The notes: generated from the sequence alone by a model not told the origin. A DNA stretch of 64,000 bases from Bacteroidales bacterium (GCA_004552385.1 SFOL01000001.1:10146-74145), one strand, 5' to 3'; numbered from the stretch's first letter, positions 37,834 to 47,714 are shown. Numbers and translations: made by a program.

Positions 37834-39507
37834 ATGCCATACAGAACCATATTACTACCTCTCATTCTCCTGTCATTATTCATAACAGGCGCATCGGCGC
37901 AAGTCCGTAAAGACTTGATACACATACCATCCACAATCATGTCGGAACAAAGGGCCGACACGGTGGTGAAGGCTGAGAGGCCATACGTCATGGTGGAGTG
38001 GGAGTTGTCGGAGGGCTTCACCCCACCCTACTGCGTGAGCCAAGTGGCGGGCGAGGACACCCTGTTCCGCGCCACCACAAGCCGGACGAGCTTCTCCGTG
38101 GGGCTGAGAGGTTCCGAGTGGTCGAAGATTGACGTTTCGTCAGCCGGCGGCAAGAGCTTCGGCGTCAGGATGACCTACACTGAGCGTTCAGCGGCATGGA
38201 TACCCATAGGCCTGATCGGCATGTTCGTGGCCATCGCCGCCATCTGCGCATGGGTCTACGCCGTCAGGCAGAGGAAAAAGCTGGACGGCGCGCGCCGCGA
38301 GATAGAGGAGGCCAAGACGAGGCACACGCGCAAATACGACTTCGCTACAGTCTTGTTCTCTGACATACAAGGCTTCACAAAAATAGCCGCGCATCTCAAC
38401 CCGGAGCAGCTGGTCGACGAGCTGGACAGGTACTTCATCTACTTCGACGAGCTTGTGGATAAATACGGGGTGGAGAAGATAAAAACCATCGGCGACGCCT
38501 ACATGTGCGCCGGCGGCGTGCCGGACAACGACAGCGCCAACCCTATAGAGGTGACGCTGGTGGGGCTGGGCATGATAGCCTACGTTAACGAACGCCACAA
38601 CGAAGAGCGGAACTTTTGGAACATCAGGGTGGGCATAAACACCGGCCCTGTGGTGTCAGGCCACCTTGGCAACATAAAGAAAGTTTTCGACATCTGGGGC
38701 GACACGGTCAACACAGCCTCGCGAATGGAGAGCGGCGGCGAACCGGGGCGCGTCAACGTGAGCGAGAGCACCTATCAGAAGATAAAAGATTTCTTCGAGT
38801 GCGAATACCGAGGCAAGATGCCCGTCAAATACAAGGGCGAGATTGACATGTATTTCGTCAACAGACTCAAGGAAGAGTATTGCCAGGCGGGGTCGGACCA
38901 CATACCTAACACGCTGATGCTGCGCAAGATGCAGCTGATGCGCATCCACGACTTCGAGCAGAGCGTACGCGAGACGACACTGGACGGAGCCCACCCCAAC
39001 CTGCTGGCGCGCTTTGACGACTACCTGGCAAGGGTGTACACTCTTTGCACACTGGAGAAAATGCCAGACGAGGAAGTGACCACGTGCGGCGCAGCGGCCA
39101 TTTTCAGCTTCATAAAGCTGAACATACCCAAAGACACGACTGTGAGCACCAAGGGCGCGGAAGACGAGATTATGCGCAAGATGCACCTACAGGAATCGAC
39201 GCGCGAGAGCGTACGCAGGGTCGTGGCGCACGTGGCGGGAGGCAAAGAGCCGGAAGACCGGATGGAAGAGATATTGACCGACGCGGGCAACGAGGTCTAC
39301 GGACGCAAAGACATAGTGCCGCAGCTCATCGCCCTCCACGAGGAGCTGGCGGCAAGAGGCTTGGAAAGCAAGTCTCGCAACGCATGGCTCGGCAAGCAGA
39401 TCAACATACTGAAAGAGGTGACATATCACACCGACTCGGCCCGCCGCCTGTGCGAAGTGCCCAAGGCGAAACAGGTGGAGATGATCGAGATGGCAATGGC
39501 CATATAG
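37834..39507 (+). CDS. Membrane-anchored class III adenylate/guanylate cyclase with an extracytoplasmic N-terminal domain and an uncharacterised C-terminal domain
   Basis: Signal peptide MPYRTILLPLILLSLFITGASAQ, about 110 aa outside the membrane, then TM helix WIPIGLIGMFVAIAAICAWVYAV. The catalytic core is VLFSDIQGFT, IKTIGDAYMC, RVGINTGPVVSG and DIWGDTVNTASRMES. Confidence 0.8.
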   Translation: MPYRTILLPLILLSLFITGASAQVRKDLIHIPSTIMSEQRADTVVKAERPYVMVEWELSEGFTPPYCVSQVAGEDTLFRATTSRTSFSVGLRGSEWSKIDVSSAGGKSFGVRMTYTERSAAWIPIGLIGMFVAIAAICAWVYAVRQRKKLDGARREIEEAKTRHTRKYDFATVLFSDIQGFTKIAAHLNPEQLVDELDRYFIYFDELVDKYGVEKIKTIGDAYMCAGGVPDNDSANPIEVTLVGLGMIAYVNERHNEERNFWNIRVGINTGPVVSGHLGNIKKVFDIWGDTVNTASRMESGGEPGRVNVSESTYQKIKDFFECEYRGKMPVKYKGEIDMYFVNRLKEEYCQAGSDHIPNTLMLRKMQLMRIHDFEQSVRETTLDGAHPNLLARFDDYLARVYTLCTLEKMPDEEVTTCGAAAIFSFIKLNIPKDTTVSTKGAEDEIMRKMHLQESTRESVRRVVAHVAGGKEPEDRMEEILTDAGNEVYGRKDIVPQLIALHEELAARGLESKSRNAWLGKQINILKEVTYHTDSARRLCEVPKAKQVEMIEMAMAI

Positions 39508-39533
39508 CCAGGAGCCCGTCAGCATAACACCTA

Positions 39534-39581
39534 AAGTTGCGCCCCGCGCGGCCTTAAAGTAGCCGGCGCGGGGCGCAACTT
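39534..39581 (+). terminator. Rho-independent terminator after the cyclase gene
   Basis: aagttgcgccccgcgc..gcgcggggcgcaactt forms a 16-bp perfect stem followed by atctaaaatcttt. Confidence 0.7.
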
Positions 39582-39674
39582 ATCTAAAATCTTTCTAACT
39601 TTACTACAATGCGACGGGGAGGTGCACCCGCCGCGGACACCAATTCACGAACCATAAAAACAAACAGCAAAGCC

Positions 39675-41960
39675 GTGTCTAAAATTACTAAAGAAGACGC
39701 CCTGAGATACCATTCAGAGGGCAGACCAGGCAAGATAGAGGTAATCCCGACCAAACCGTACAGCAGCCAGAGGGACCTGTCTCTGGCTTACTCGCCAGGC
39801 GTGGCGGAGCCGTGTCTGGAGATTCAGAAGAACCCGGAGACCGCCTATGAATACACCAACAAGGGCAACCTCGTGGCCGTAATATCAAACGGCACCGCTG
39901 TGCTCGGCCTTGGCAACATCGGCGCAATGAGCGGAAAGCCCGTCATGGAGGGCAAGGGACTGCTGTTCAAGATATTCGCCGGCATCGACGTTTTCGACAT
40001 CGAGGTCGACGAGAAAGACCCTGACAAATTCATCCAGGCCGTCAAGGCCATCGCGCCGACATTCGGCGGCATCAACCTCGAAGACATCAAGGCTCCCGAG
40101 TGTTTCGAGATCGAGACGCGCCTCAAGAACGAGCTGGACATACCCGTCATGCACGACGACCAGCACGGCACGGCCATAATATCGGCCGCAGGCCTCATCA
40201 ACGCCCTGCAGATTGTAGGCAAGAAAATAGAGGATGTCAGAGTAGTGGTCAACGGAGCCGGAGCCGCTGCCATATCGTGCACCAGGCTCTACATGCGGCT
40301 GGGCGTGAAGCGCGAGAACGTCATAATGGTCGACTCGAAAGGCCCGATAAAGATGGACCGGCCCAACCTGACGGAGCAGAAGCGCGAGTTCGCCACGACA
40401 CGCGACGTCAACACGCTGGCCGAAGCCCTGGTGGACGCCGACGTCTTCCTCGGCCTGTCGGTGGCAGGCGTCCTGACGCAAGACATGGTGCGCTCAATGG
40501 CTAAAGACCCCGTCGTCTTCGCCCTCGCCAACCCTCAGCCCGAGATTAGCCCCGAAGACGCACGCGCAAGCCGCCCGGACATCATCTACGCCACGGGCCG
40601 CTCAGACCAGCCCAACCAGATAAACAACGTGCTCGGCTTCCCCTACATCTTCCGCGGGGCTCTCGACGTCCGCGCCAAGAGCATCAACGAGGAGATGAAA
40701 GTGGCGGCCGTGAAAGCCATAGCAGAACTCACGCGCAAGGCCGTGCCAGATGTCGTCAACGCCGCCTACGGCATGAAGCGCATCTCGTTCGGGCGCGAAT
40801 ACATCGTGCCCAAGGCTCTTGACCCGCGCCTGCTTACCACGGTAGCCCCCGCCGTGGCCAGAGCGGCCATGGAGAGCGGCGTGGCGCGCAAGCCGATAGA
40901 GGACTGGCAGGCCTACGAGGTTAAGCTCAAGAGCCTCATGGGGCTTGACAACAAGATGTTGCGCAGCTTCTACGACATGGCGCGGCAGAACCCCCGCAGG
41001 GTAGTATTCTCGGAGGCCAACCACGTCAACATGCTCAAAGCTGCAGCGCAGGCTCTGTCCGAGGGGCTTTGCAAGCCTATATTGCTGGGCAACGAGGAGA
41101 AGCTCGCCAAGCTGGCGGCCGAGAACGACATTGACCTCACAGGCATCGAGATAGTCAACCTGCGTCATGACCGCGAGGAGGGGCGGCGCACGACATTCGC
41201 CAAGATAATGGCGGAAGAGAAAGGACGCGAGGGCGCCACTTTCGACGAGTATTTCGAGAAGATGTATGACCGCAACTACTTCGGCCTCATGATGGTCAAG
41301 ACTGGCGCGGCCGACGCCATGATAACGGGCGTCTACACCAAGAACGAGGAGCTCGTGTCGGCCGCAAAGGAGATTATCGGCATACGCAAAGGCCTCAACC
41401 ACATAGGCGCCATGCACATCTTGAACACCAAGAAGGGCACCTACTTCATGGCGGATACCCTTATAAACCGTCATCCGAGCACCGAAACCCTGATAGACGT
41501 GGCCAAGCTGACCTATGACACCGTCAAGTTCTTCAACCACGAGCCAGTCATGGCAATGCTCAGCTACTCTAACTTCGGAGCCTCGAAAGAGGGCAGCCCC
41601 GCATCGGTCCACAAGGTCGTCGAGACGCTGCACGAGAGGTACCCGGACATGGTGGTTGACGGCGAGATGCAGGTCAACTTCGCGCTGAACCGGGAGTTGC
41701 GCGACCGCAAGTTCCCGTTCTCGAAACTGGCTGGCAGGGATGTCAACGCGCTCGTGTTCCCGAACCTCAGCTCGGCCAACACAGCCAGCAAGCTGCTCCT
41801 CGAGATGGGCGTGGGTGACATCCTGGGACCTATACAGATGGGACTCAGGAAGCCCATCCACTTCCTGGACATTGAGAGCTCCGTGCGCGACATTGTCAAC
41901 ATGACGGCAGTGGCCGTGCTTGACGCGCAGGTCCAGGAGAAGAGAGACCAGATGGAGTAA
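39675..41960 (+). CDS. maeB: NADP-dependent malic enzyme (malic enzyme plus phosphotransacetylase-like domain)
   Basis: The ORF track starts at ATG 39609. I prefer GTG 39675, which gives MSKITKEDALRYHSEGRPGKIEV, the usual MaeB N-terminus. Other evidence is DDQHGTAII, VVNGAGAAA and a C-terminal PTA-like domain. Confidence 0.9.
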   Translation: MSKITKEDALRYHSEGRPGKIEVIPTKPYSSQRDLSLAYSPGVAEPCLEIQKNPETAYEYTNKGNLVAVISNGTAVLGLGNIGAMSGKPVMEGKGLLFKIFAGIDVFDIEVDEKDPDKFIQAVKAIAPTFGGINLEDIKAPECFEIETRLKNELDIPVMHDDQHGTAIISAAGLINALQIVGKKIEDVRVVVNGAGAAAISCTRLYMRLGVKRENVIMVDSKGPIKMDRPNLTEQKREFATTRDVNTLAEALVDADVFLGLSVAGVLTQDMVRSMAKDPVVFALANPQPEISPEDARASRPDIIYATGRSDQPNQINNVLGFPYIFRGALDVRAKSINEEMKVAAVKAIAELTRKAVPDVVNAAYGMKRISFGREYIVPKALDPRLLTTVAPAVARAAMESGVARKPIEDWQAYEVKLKSLMGLDNKMLRSFYDMARQNPRRVVFSEANHVNMLKAAAQALSEGLCKPILLGNEEKLAKLAAENDIDLTGIEIVNLRHDREEGRRTTFAKIMAEEKGREGATFDEYFEKMYDRNYFGLMMVKTGAADAMITGVYTKNEELVSAAKEIIGIRKGLNHIGAMHILNTKKGTYFMADTLINRHPSTETLIDVAKLTYDTVKFFNHEPVMAMLSYSNFGASKEGSPASVHKVVETLHERYPDMVVDGEMQVNFALNRELRDRKFPFSKLAGRDVNALVFPNLSSANTASKLLLEMGVGDILGPIQMGLRKPIHFLDIESSVRDIVNMTAVAVLDAQVQEKRDQME

Positions 41961-41993
41961 GGAAGGCCTCACATCTCTGACAACATAACGGAT

Positions 41994-42030
41994 GCCCGCC
42001 CCCCCGTGAAGACGAGAGGGCGGGCTTTTT
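41994..42030 (+). terminator. Rho-independent terminator after maeB
   Basis: The sequence is gcccgccc ... gggcgggc followed by ttttt. Confidence 0.75.
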
Positions 42031-42109
42031 ACACATCTGACGCCAAGAAAACGCTGACTATGGTAGAAGATGTCAGGAGCGGTTAATAAACGCGGGGACT
42101 ATGTTTGAG

Positions 42110-42147
42110 AGCGAAAGCCCCACCGCAAGCGAGATGCAGTGGGGCTT
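42110..42147 (-). terminator. Rho-independent terminator after the acyl-ligase fusion gene
   Basis: On the minus strand aagccccactgcatctcgcttgcggtggggctt is followed by tcgctctc. The U-tract is weak. Confidence 0.5.
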
Positions 42148-42175
42148 AGTGTCATGATGTAGCTAAGGTAAACCG

Positions 42176-44644
42176 TTAAGATTCTGCCTCCTGATTTTCC
42201 TTAATGCTGTCGTAGACCTCCTTGGTGATGTTCTCGTAGCTCTCCGCCGACTGCTTGGGGTATACAGGCGGCAGGAACTCGACCTGTACCTTGTGAGGGC
42301 GCGGAAGCATGGTCCCCTTAGGCATGGCCTGGAACGCGCCCTTGATTGAGACGGGCACCACAGGCACGTTGAGCTCCTTGCTCAATATGGCGAACGTCTT
42401 CTTAAACTCGCCAAGCTTGCCGTCCGTCGTACGCGTGCCCTCGGGGAAGATAATGATGTTCTTCTTCTTCTTGAGCGCTTCACCCATCTTCTGGATAGAC
42501 TCCTTCAAGTTACTCATGTCCATGACAATCACGTTATGAGTAGCGGCCATGAACTTGATGAACGGGCGTCGTATGTGCTGCTCCTTGGCGTAGAAATAGG
42601 TGTTCTTGATGTCGCGGTATTTTAGGAACGACATGACGAAGAGCCCGTCGAGGAAACTCTGGTGATTAGGCGCAATGATGACAGGGCCGTCGGGTATCCG
42701 CTCAGCTCCTTTGCCACGCAGCTTGAAGTAGAGCTTGAAAAATGGCTGCGAGAGGGCTATGAAAATACGGCCAGTTATCCACGTCTGCGGAAGCTTGAGC
42801 GTCGTGTGCTCGCGGAGGATCTTCTTCCAGTCAATCTTCTCGACGTGCATCTTGGTTTTGGTCTCCGCCACGAAATCGGCAATGTCGGCAACGCTCTTGA
42901 ACTCAGAGAGCTTGTCCGTGGTCATGTCGAGGCCGAAGCTTGTGTTGAGGAAGACCTGGAGACCCACCTTGTCGAGCGAGTCGAAAGCGAGATCGAGCTC
43001 AATGTGATCTGTAGGGCGCACCTTGCAAACCTTCTCGCTCTCAATGTATTTCTTAATGATTTTATACTCATCGCTCATGGCCTCGTCAATCACCTCAGGC
43101 TGAGTATCGGCAGAGCCGTCGCTGACAAGCAGGGACTTGAGCTTAAAACGTTGGATCTTGTCGAGTCGCGTGCGCGGCAAGTCGTTGCGGTAGATCTTGA
43201 CGTTGAAGATCTTCTTGTATGCCGCGGCGTCGGAATTGTATTTGTCAAGGATTTCCCATTTGACCTTCTCCTCAATCTGAGCATCGGTCATGGCCGCGAG
43301 CGCGGGCGTCGGGACGATTATGGCCACGAGGGCGTCATTGTTCTCGGTCACGGCCGCCTCTTTCACTATGTCCTGATACGCTTCGAGCTTCTGTTCAATC
43401 TCTGTCGGGTTGACATTCTTGCCGTTGGAGAGCACGATGATCTCTTTGCGCCTTCCAGTGACGACCACCCTGCCCTTGTCGTCGACATATCCGAGGTCGC
43501 CAGTGTAAATCCAGCCGTCCTTCACGACTGCGGCGGTCTCTTCGGGCCTGCCGTAGTAGCCCTGCATTATGTTGTTTCCGCGCGCCACGAGCTCACCGTC
43601 GCGCACCTCTACTTCGCAACCCGGCACAGGCTGTCCCGACGCGCCTGGCGTTATGTCGTCGGGCCGCGTGAACGCAATCATGGGCGCGCACTCGGTCATA
43701 CCGTAGCCTTCGAGCACGTCAAGGCCCAGAGTCTTCATCTTCTGAGCCACGGCGGGGTCAAGAGCCGCACCGCCACAGACGAAGTACTTGACGACCCCAC
43801 CCATCTTTTTGCGGATAGAGGAGAAGACAAGTCGCGAGAGGGCGCGACTGCCGACCGACTTGCACAGTCTGTAGAGCATCCGCGTGGCCCAATGGGCGTC
43901 AATTTTGGAGCAGATGCCCTTGACAAGCATGGTGTAGAGGCGCGGCACGCCAATGACGATGCCGACCTGCCCCTCGGCCATGGTCTTCATAAGATCGGGC
44001 GCACTCATGCTGGGGCAGAAAGCCACGCTGCCGCCGGTGACGAGCGGTGCCACGACGGACCCGACAAGAGGCAGCACGTGGTGGCACGGGAGCAAAATCA
44101 TGGTGCGCACGTCGGGCGTGAAGATGGGCACGCCCTTGCTCACGGAGTCTATGTTGAAATAGATGTTCTGGAAAGAGAGCATAACGCCCTTGGGGCTGCC
44201 CGTGGTGCCACTGGTGTAGACAATCAGGCAAGTATCCTGCATGTCGAAGTCTATCTTAGCCTGTGGGGCGCTCGTGGCGCGGTTCTCCATGTCGGGAGTC
44301 ATGACCAGCACCTGCTGGGAGCCGCCCGCGCGTTCCACAGCTTCACGAGCCACAGCCTCACACGCTTCTGACGCCAATATGACCGTAGGCGTGCAATCCT
44401 TGAGCACGTAAGCCAAGTCGGCGGCGGACGAGGTGCAGTCGATAGGAACCGCTATGCCGCCATTCTTCCAAATGGCGAAAAGAGCGTAAATATAAGCGGG
44501 TCTGTTCTCAGAGAGAATAACGACGCGGTCACCACGCCCTATGCTAAAGGCCTCGGAGAAATCCGAAATGCGGGACAGCAGCTCAGTGTAGCTAACCTCC
44601 CTGTCGACGGTCCAGATGGCCGTCTTATTATGACAAACTATCAT
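42176..44644 (-). CDS. Tri-domain fusion: acyl-AMP/acyl-CoA ligase, carrier (PP-binding) domain and lysophospholipid acyltransferase (PlsC/LPLAT) domain
   Basis: The ORF is 42176..44689 with a TTG start in the track. The first ATG gives MIVCHNKTAIW. Adenylation motifs are YTSGTTGSPKGV, GYGMTE, YTGDLGYVDDKGRVVVTGRRKE and LPRTRLDKIQR. The carrier motif is LAFDSLDKVGL. The LPLAT motifs are APNHQSFLDG (HX4D) and FPEGTRT. Confidence 0.85.
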   Translation of the reverse strand: MIVCHNKTAIWTVDREVSYTELLSRISDFSEAFSIGRGDRVVILSENRPAYIYALFAIWKNGGIAVPIDCTSSAADLAYVLKDCTPTVILASEACEAVAREAVERAGGSQQVLVMTPDMENRATSAPQAKIDFDMQDTCLIVYTSGTTGSPKGVMLSFQNIYFNIDSVSKGVPIFTPDVRTMILLPCHHVLPLVGSVVAPLVTGGSVAFCPSMSAPDLMKTMAEGQVGIVIGVPRLYTMLVKGICSKIDAHWATRMLYRLCKSVGSRALSRLVFSSIRKKMGGVVKYFVCGGAALDPAVAQKMKTLGLDVLEGYGMTECAPMIAFTRPDDITPGASGQPVPGCEVEVRDGELVARGNNIMQGYYGRPEETAAVVKDGWIYTGDLGYVDDKGRVVVTGRRKEIIVLSNGKNVNPTEIEQKLEAYQDIVKEAAVTENNDALVAIIVPTPALAAMTDAQIEEKVKWEILDKYNSDAAAYKKIFNVKIYRNDLPRTRLDKIQRFKLKSLLVSDGSADTQPEVIDEAMSDEYKIIKKYIESEKVCKVRPTDHIELDLAFDSLDKVGLQVFLNTSFGLDMTTDKLSEFKSVADIADFVAETKTKMHVEKIDWKKILREHTTLKLPQTWITGRIFIALSQPFFKLYFKLRGKGAERIPDGPVIIAPNHQSFLDGLFVMSFLKYRDIKNTYFYAKEQHIRRPFIKFMAATHNVIVMDMSNLKESIQKMGEALKKKKNIIIFPEGTRTTDGKLGEFKKTFAILSKELNVPVVPVSIKGAFQAMPKGTMLPRPHKVQVEFLPPVYPKQSAESYENITKEVYDSIKENQEAES

Positions 44645-44765
44645 TCGGTAGGATAAAAACAGAATGGCGAATCCGTCCAAGCTAAGCAAGCCGGCGCCGC
44701 CCTCTCATGCGCAGTCTTTGCCCAGAGACTCGGTAATCGGACGAACGGGCAAAAACTCTGATACG

Positions 44766-44773
44766 CAAATGTA
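44766..44773 (-). promoter_or_regulatory. -7 promoter motif (TACATTTG) for the acyl-ligase fusion gene
   Basis: The reverse complement of caaatgta matches TAnnTTTG about 120 nt upstream of the ATG at 44644. Confidence 0.4.
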
Positions 44774-44877
44774 GTGTTTTTTGCCGTATGAATGGCAAAA
44801 AGTACGTATACGCCGAGCCCGATTTGTGGATATATAATATTTTCCCCACACAAGGGAGCGGAGCATGCGCACATTTC

Positions 44878-45546
44878 CTAAGCTTTCCTCATCAGCGCCT
44901 CGGCCATAAGCATGTCGGCGGGAGTGGTTAGTTTTATGTTGCCTCGCAGTCCCTCAGAAAGGTGGATCTCACCCCCATTTGCCTCAACGACGCTGGCGTC
45001 ATCAGTAAAGAGCGGCGACTCGGGCTGGCGATAAGCGTCAAGAAGAATGGAGGAGCGGAACACTTGCGGTGTCTGAACCATCATGACCGAAGAGCGGTCG
45101 ACCGAGCGGCTTGCGCCGTCGAGCCCCACAAGGCGCACTGACTCGACCGAGGGCAGGACGGGGATGGACGTGCCGAAACGCGAGGCGTCGGCATACACAC
45201 TCTCGATAAAAGTGGCGGACACGAGAGGGCGTACGCCATCATGCACGCCAATGAGCTCCTCGCCCGACCACATGGCCAGGCCGTTGCGGACACTCTGGTG
45301 ACGGGACGCCCCTCCGGCCACGACCTCAGCAGGAGCACAGAACCCGTGCTGACGGCACAGAGCCTCCCAAGTCCCTATTTGAGACTCGGGCAGGACTACA
45401 ACGACCCTCATGCCCGGCACCGAGGCGAACGCCTCTACCGTATGCATAAGGACGGGCTTGCCGCAAAGGGGGAGAAACTGCTTAGGGACGGCGGCACCCA
45501 TCCGAGTGCCGCTACCGCCAGCTACTACTATGGCGAGATTTTTCAA
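44878..45546 (-). CDS. ispD: 2-C-methyl-D-erythritol 4-phosphate cytidylyltransferase
   Basis: The ORF track starts at GTG 45630 and would overlap the upstream gene by 28 nt. TTG at 45546 gives (M)KNLAIVVAGGSGTRMGAAVPKQFL, the canonical IspD N-terminus, and a length of ~223 aa. Confidence 0.85.
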   Translation of the reverse strand: MKNLAIVVAGGSGTRMGAAVPKQFLPLCGKPVLMHTVEAFASVPGMRVVVVLPESQIGTWEALCRQHGFCAPAEVVAGGASRHQSVRNGLAMWSGEELIGVHDGVRPLVSATFIESVYADASRFGTSIPVLPSVESVRLVGLDGASRSVDRSSVMMVQTPQVFRSSILLDAYRQPESPLFTDDASVVEANGGEIHLSEGLRGNIKLTTPADMLMAEALMRKA

Positions 45547-45602
45547 AGCAATAAGATTTGTTTGCAAGAGAGGGGGAGGGCGCGAGTCGGCAGCGGCTGG
45601 GC

Positions 45603-46241
45603 TCAAAGCGCCTGATGCAGGACAAGGCACATGACGAGCCCCATTACGGCGAGCCCTGTCACGTAGCCCGCCAGGAGCTGGGCGGGCGTGTGCGCCTGCT
45701 CATAAGACCGAGCCCAGGCTGTGACCCCCGCCGCCACGAAGGCGAGCGCCGCGAACGGTGAGAAATCTTGGCCGAAAGCCGTACCCGTCACCGCTATGTA
45801 GGCGAGGAAGGCGCCCGCCCCTATGGCATGCAGGCTAATCTTCCAGAAGCGGGAGCAAAGAGCCGCGATGAAGAGGGCGGCCGCCTCGCCTATGACCATG
45901 CCAATGATGGGTATCGGGTAGAACTGGCGAAGCGCGTAGACCGAGAACGCTATGGTAACCGAAGAGAACAGCAACGGGCGGAACCGTTCCGACCGCGTGG
46001 GCATATCAATGCCGCTGACCTCGCCCAAGGCGATGAAGACCCCGATGACGGCAAGCGGCACAATGCACTCAAAGAGGCAGACTCCGCCAAGCTGGAACGC
46101 CTTGAAAAGGGTTGGCATAGCGGCATAGGGAGTCGGGGTGTAGAGGACAAGCAGGGTGCAATAAATAGGCAGAAGCAGCGGATGGAAAGCCACCGTGACG
46201 ACCCACGACACCACATCAGCAAAAGATCTTGGCGCGACCAT
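45603..46241 (-). CDS. Polytopic membrane protein, degenerate PAP2-like phosphatase
   Basis: 212 aa with about 6 TM helices. The PAP2-like blocks are degenerate: RSERFRP, KISLHAIG and ARSYEQAHTPAQ. Confidence 0.45.
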   Translation of the reverse strand: MVAPRSFADVVSWVVTVAFHPLLLPIYCTLLVLYTPTPYAAMPTLFKAFQLGGVCLFECIVPLAVIGVFIALGEVSGIDMPTRSERFRPLLFSSVTIAFSVYALRQFYPIPIIGMVIGEAAALFIAALCSRFWKISLHAIGAGAFLAYIAVTGTAFGQDFSPFAALAFVAAGVTAWARSYEQAHTPAQLLAGYVTGLAVMGLVMCLVLHQAL

Positions 46242-46247
46242 GAGGAG

Positions 46248-47714
46248 TTAAAGCGTTTTGCGGAGGCGCGCGACGGGTATCCCGAGCTGCTCGCGGTATT
46301 TAGCCACCGTGCGCCGAGCTATGTTATAAGATTTCTGCGACAGAAGCTCCACAAGCTTCTCGTCAGTGAGAGGCGCCCTCTTGTCTTCGGCCTCGATTGC
46401 CTCGCGGAGGATGCTCTTGACCTCGCGCGTAGACACGTCGTCGCCATCGGCGTTCTGTATTCCCTCCGAGAAGAAATATTTCAGCGGGAATATGCCGAAC
46501 GTGGTCTGGACGTACTTGCTGTTCGACACGCGCGAGATGGTGGAGACATCGAGACCGGTACGCTCGGCTATGTCTTTGAGAACCATAGGCTTAAGCTTTG
46601 TCTCATCACCATCCACGAAATAGTCGCCTTGATAGTCCATGATGGCTTGCATGACGAGCGAGAGCGTGTTGCGCCTCTGCTTGATGGCGTCGATGAACCA
46701 TTGCGCCGACTTTATTTTGTCCTTGACGAAGGCGGCCGCGTCTTTCTGCTCCTGGCTCTGGTTGGCCTTGTTGGTGGAGTACTCGCGGAGCATTGAGGCG
46801 TACTCGCCGCTGATTTTCAGCTCGGGCTCACCCCTCTGGTTAAGGTGGAAGCCCAGCTCGCCGTTGTCATAGTCAATTATGAAGTCCGGGATGACGTGCT
46901 GAGCCTGCCTGGCCGCGCCGCCGCTGTACGCGCTGCCCGGCTTAGGGTTGAGGCGCAATATGACGTCGACCGCGGCTTTCAGCTCATCCTCCGAGATACC
47001 GAGTTTGCGCGCCACCTTGTCATAATGGCGCTTTGAGAAGTCGTCAAAACAGGTGTCAATCACCGCTATGGCGTTCTGCACGTCGGCGGTGGGTTTGCGC
47101 GCCTTGCGCAATTGCAGAAGCAGGCACTCGCGGAGGTCTCGTGCCCCGACACCGGGCGGATCCATACGCTGGACGGCCTCGAGAACCTTATTCACCTCGT
47201 CATCCGTGACGTTTTTGCCCGTGGCGAAAGAAATGTCGTCAGCAATATTCTCAACATCCCGGCGCAAGTAGCCGTCCTCGTCAATGTTGCCTATGACATA
47301 CTTGGCTATCAAGGCCTGGCTATCGGTGAAGTCGCACAGCCCCACCTGCTCCTCGAGGTGCTCATAGAATGAAGCGGCCTCGGAGTAAGGGACGCTCTCG
47401 CGCTTGTCGTCGTCGGAATAGTTGTTCGCCTGCAGCTTATAGGCAGGTATGTCCTCGTTAAGCAGGTATCCCTCGATGGTTCCGTCGTCGGGCTGCTCGT
47501 CTTGCGCCGAGTTGATCTGCGGTTCGGCCTCCTGCTCCTTCTCTTTTTGCAAGGTGGCCTCCTCGTCGACTTCGAGAACCGGGTTGGACTCAATCTCCTC
47601 CTTGATCCTCTGCTCCATCTGCGCCGTAGGTATTTCGAGCAGTTTGACGAGCTGGATCTGCATAGGGGATAGCTTCTGCTGCAGCTTGAGCAGCATGCCT
47701 TGACTTATAGCCAT
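46248..47714 (-). CDS. rpoN: RNA polymerase sigma-54 factor
   Basis: 488 aa with the N-terminal Gln/Leu-rich activator-interacting region MLLKLQQKLSPMQIQL and the C-terminal RpoN box ARRTVAKYREQLGIP. Confidence 0.95.
   Translation of the reverse strand: MAISQGMLLKLQQKLSPMQIQLVKLLEIPTAQMEQRIKEEIESNPVLEVDEEATLQKEKEQEAEPQINSAQDEQPDDGTIEGYLLNEDIPAYKLQANNYSDDDKRESVPYSEAASFYEHLEEQVGLCDFTDSQALIAKYVIGNIDEDGYLRRDVENIADDISFATGKNVTDDEVNKVLEAVQRMDPPGVGARDLRECLLLQLRKARKPTADVQNAIAVIDTCFDDFSKRHYDKVARKLGISEDELKAAVDVILRLNPKPGSAYSGGAARQAQHVIPDFIIDYDNGELGFHLNQRGEPELKISGEYASMLREYSTNKANQSQEQKDAAAFVKDKIKSAQWFIDAIKQRRNTLSLVMQAIMDYQGDYFVDGDETKLKPMVLKDIAERTGLDVSTISRVSNSKYVQTTFGIFPLKYFFSEGIQNADGDDVSTREVKSILREAIEAEDKRAPLTDEKLVELLSQKSYNIARRTVAKYREQLGIPVARLRKTL

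Noticed and set aside
40602-41972. 456-aa minus-strand ORF antisense to maeB
   Set aside because: The reasoning is the same as for the other antisense ORFs. maeB on the plus strand has unambiguous family motifs across the whole interval.
42662-44371. 569-aa plus-strand ORF antisense to the acyl-ligase fusion gene (similar cases at 20836-21963, 10151-10906 and 10985-11743)
   Set aside because: It is the antisense shadow of a strongly supported gene. It has no motifs and an Arg/Leu/Val/Gly/His-rich composition.
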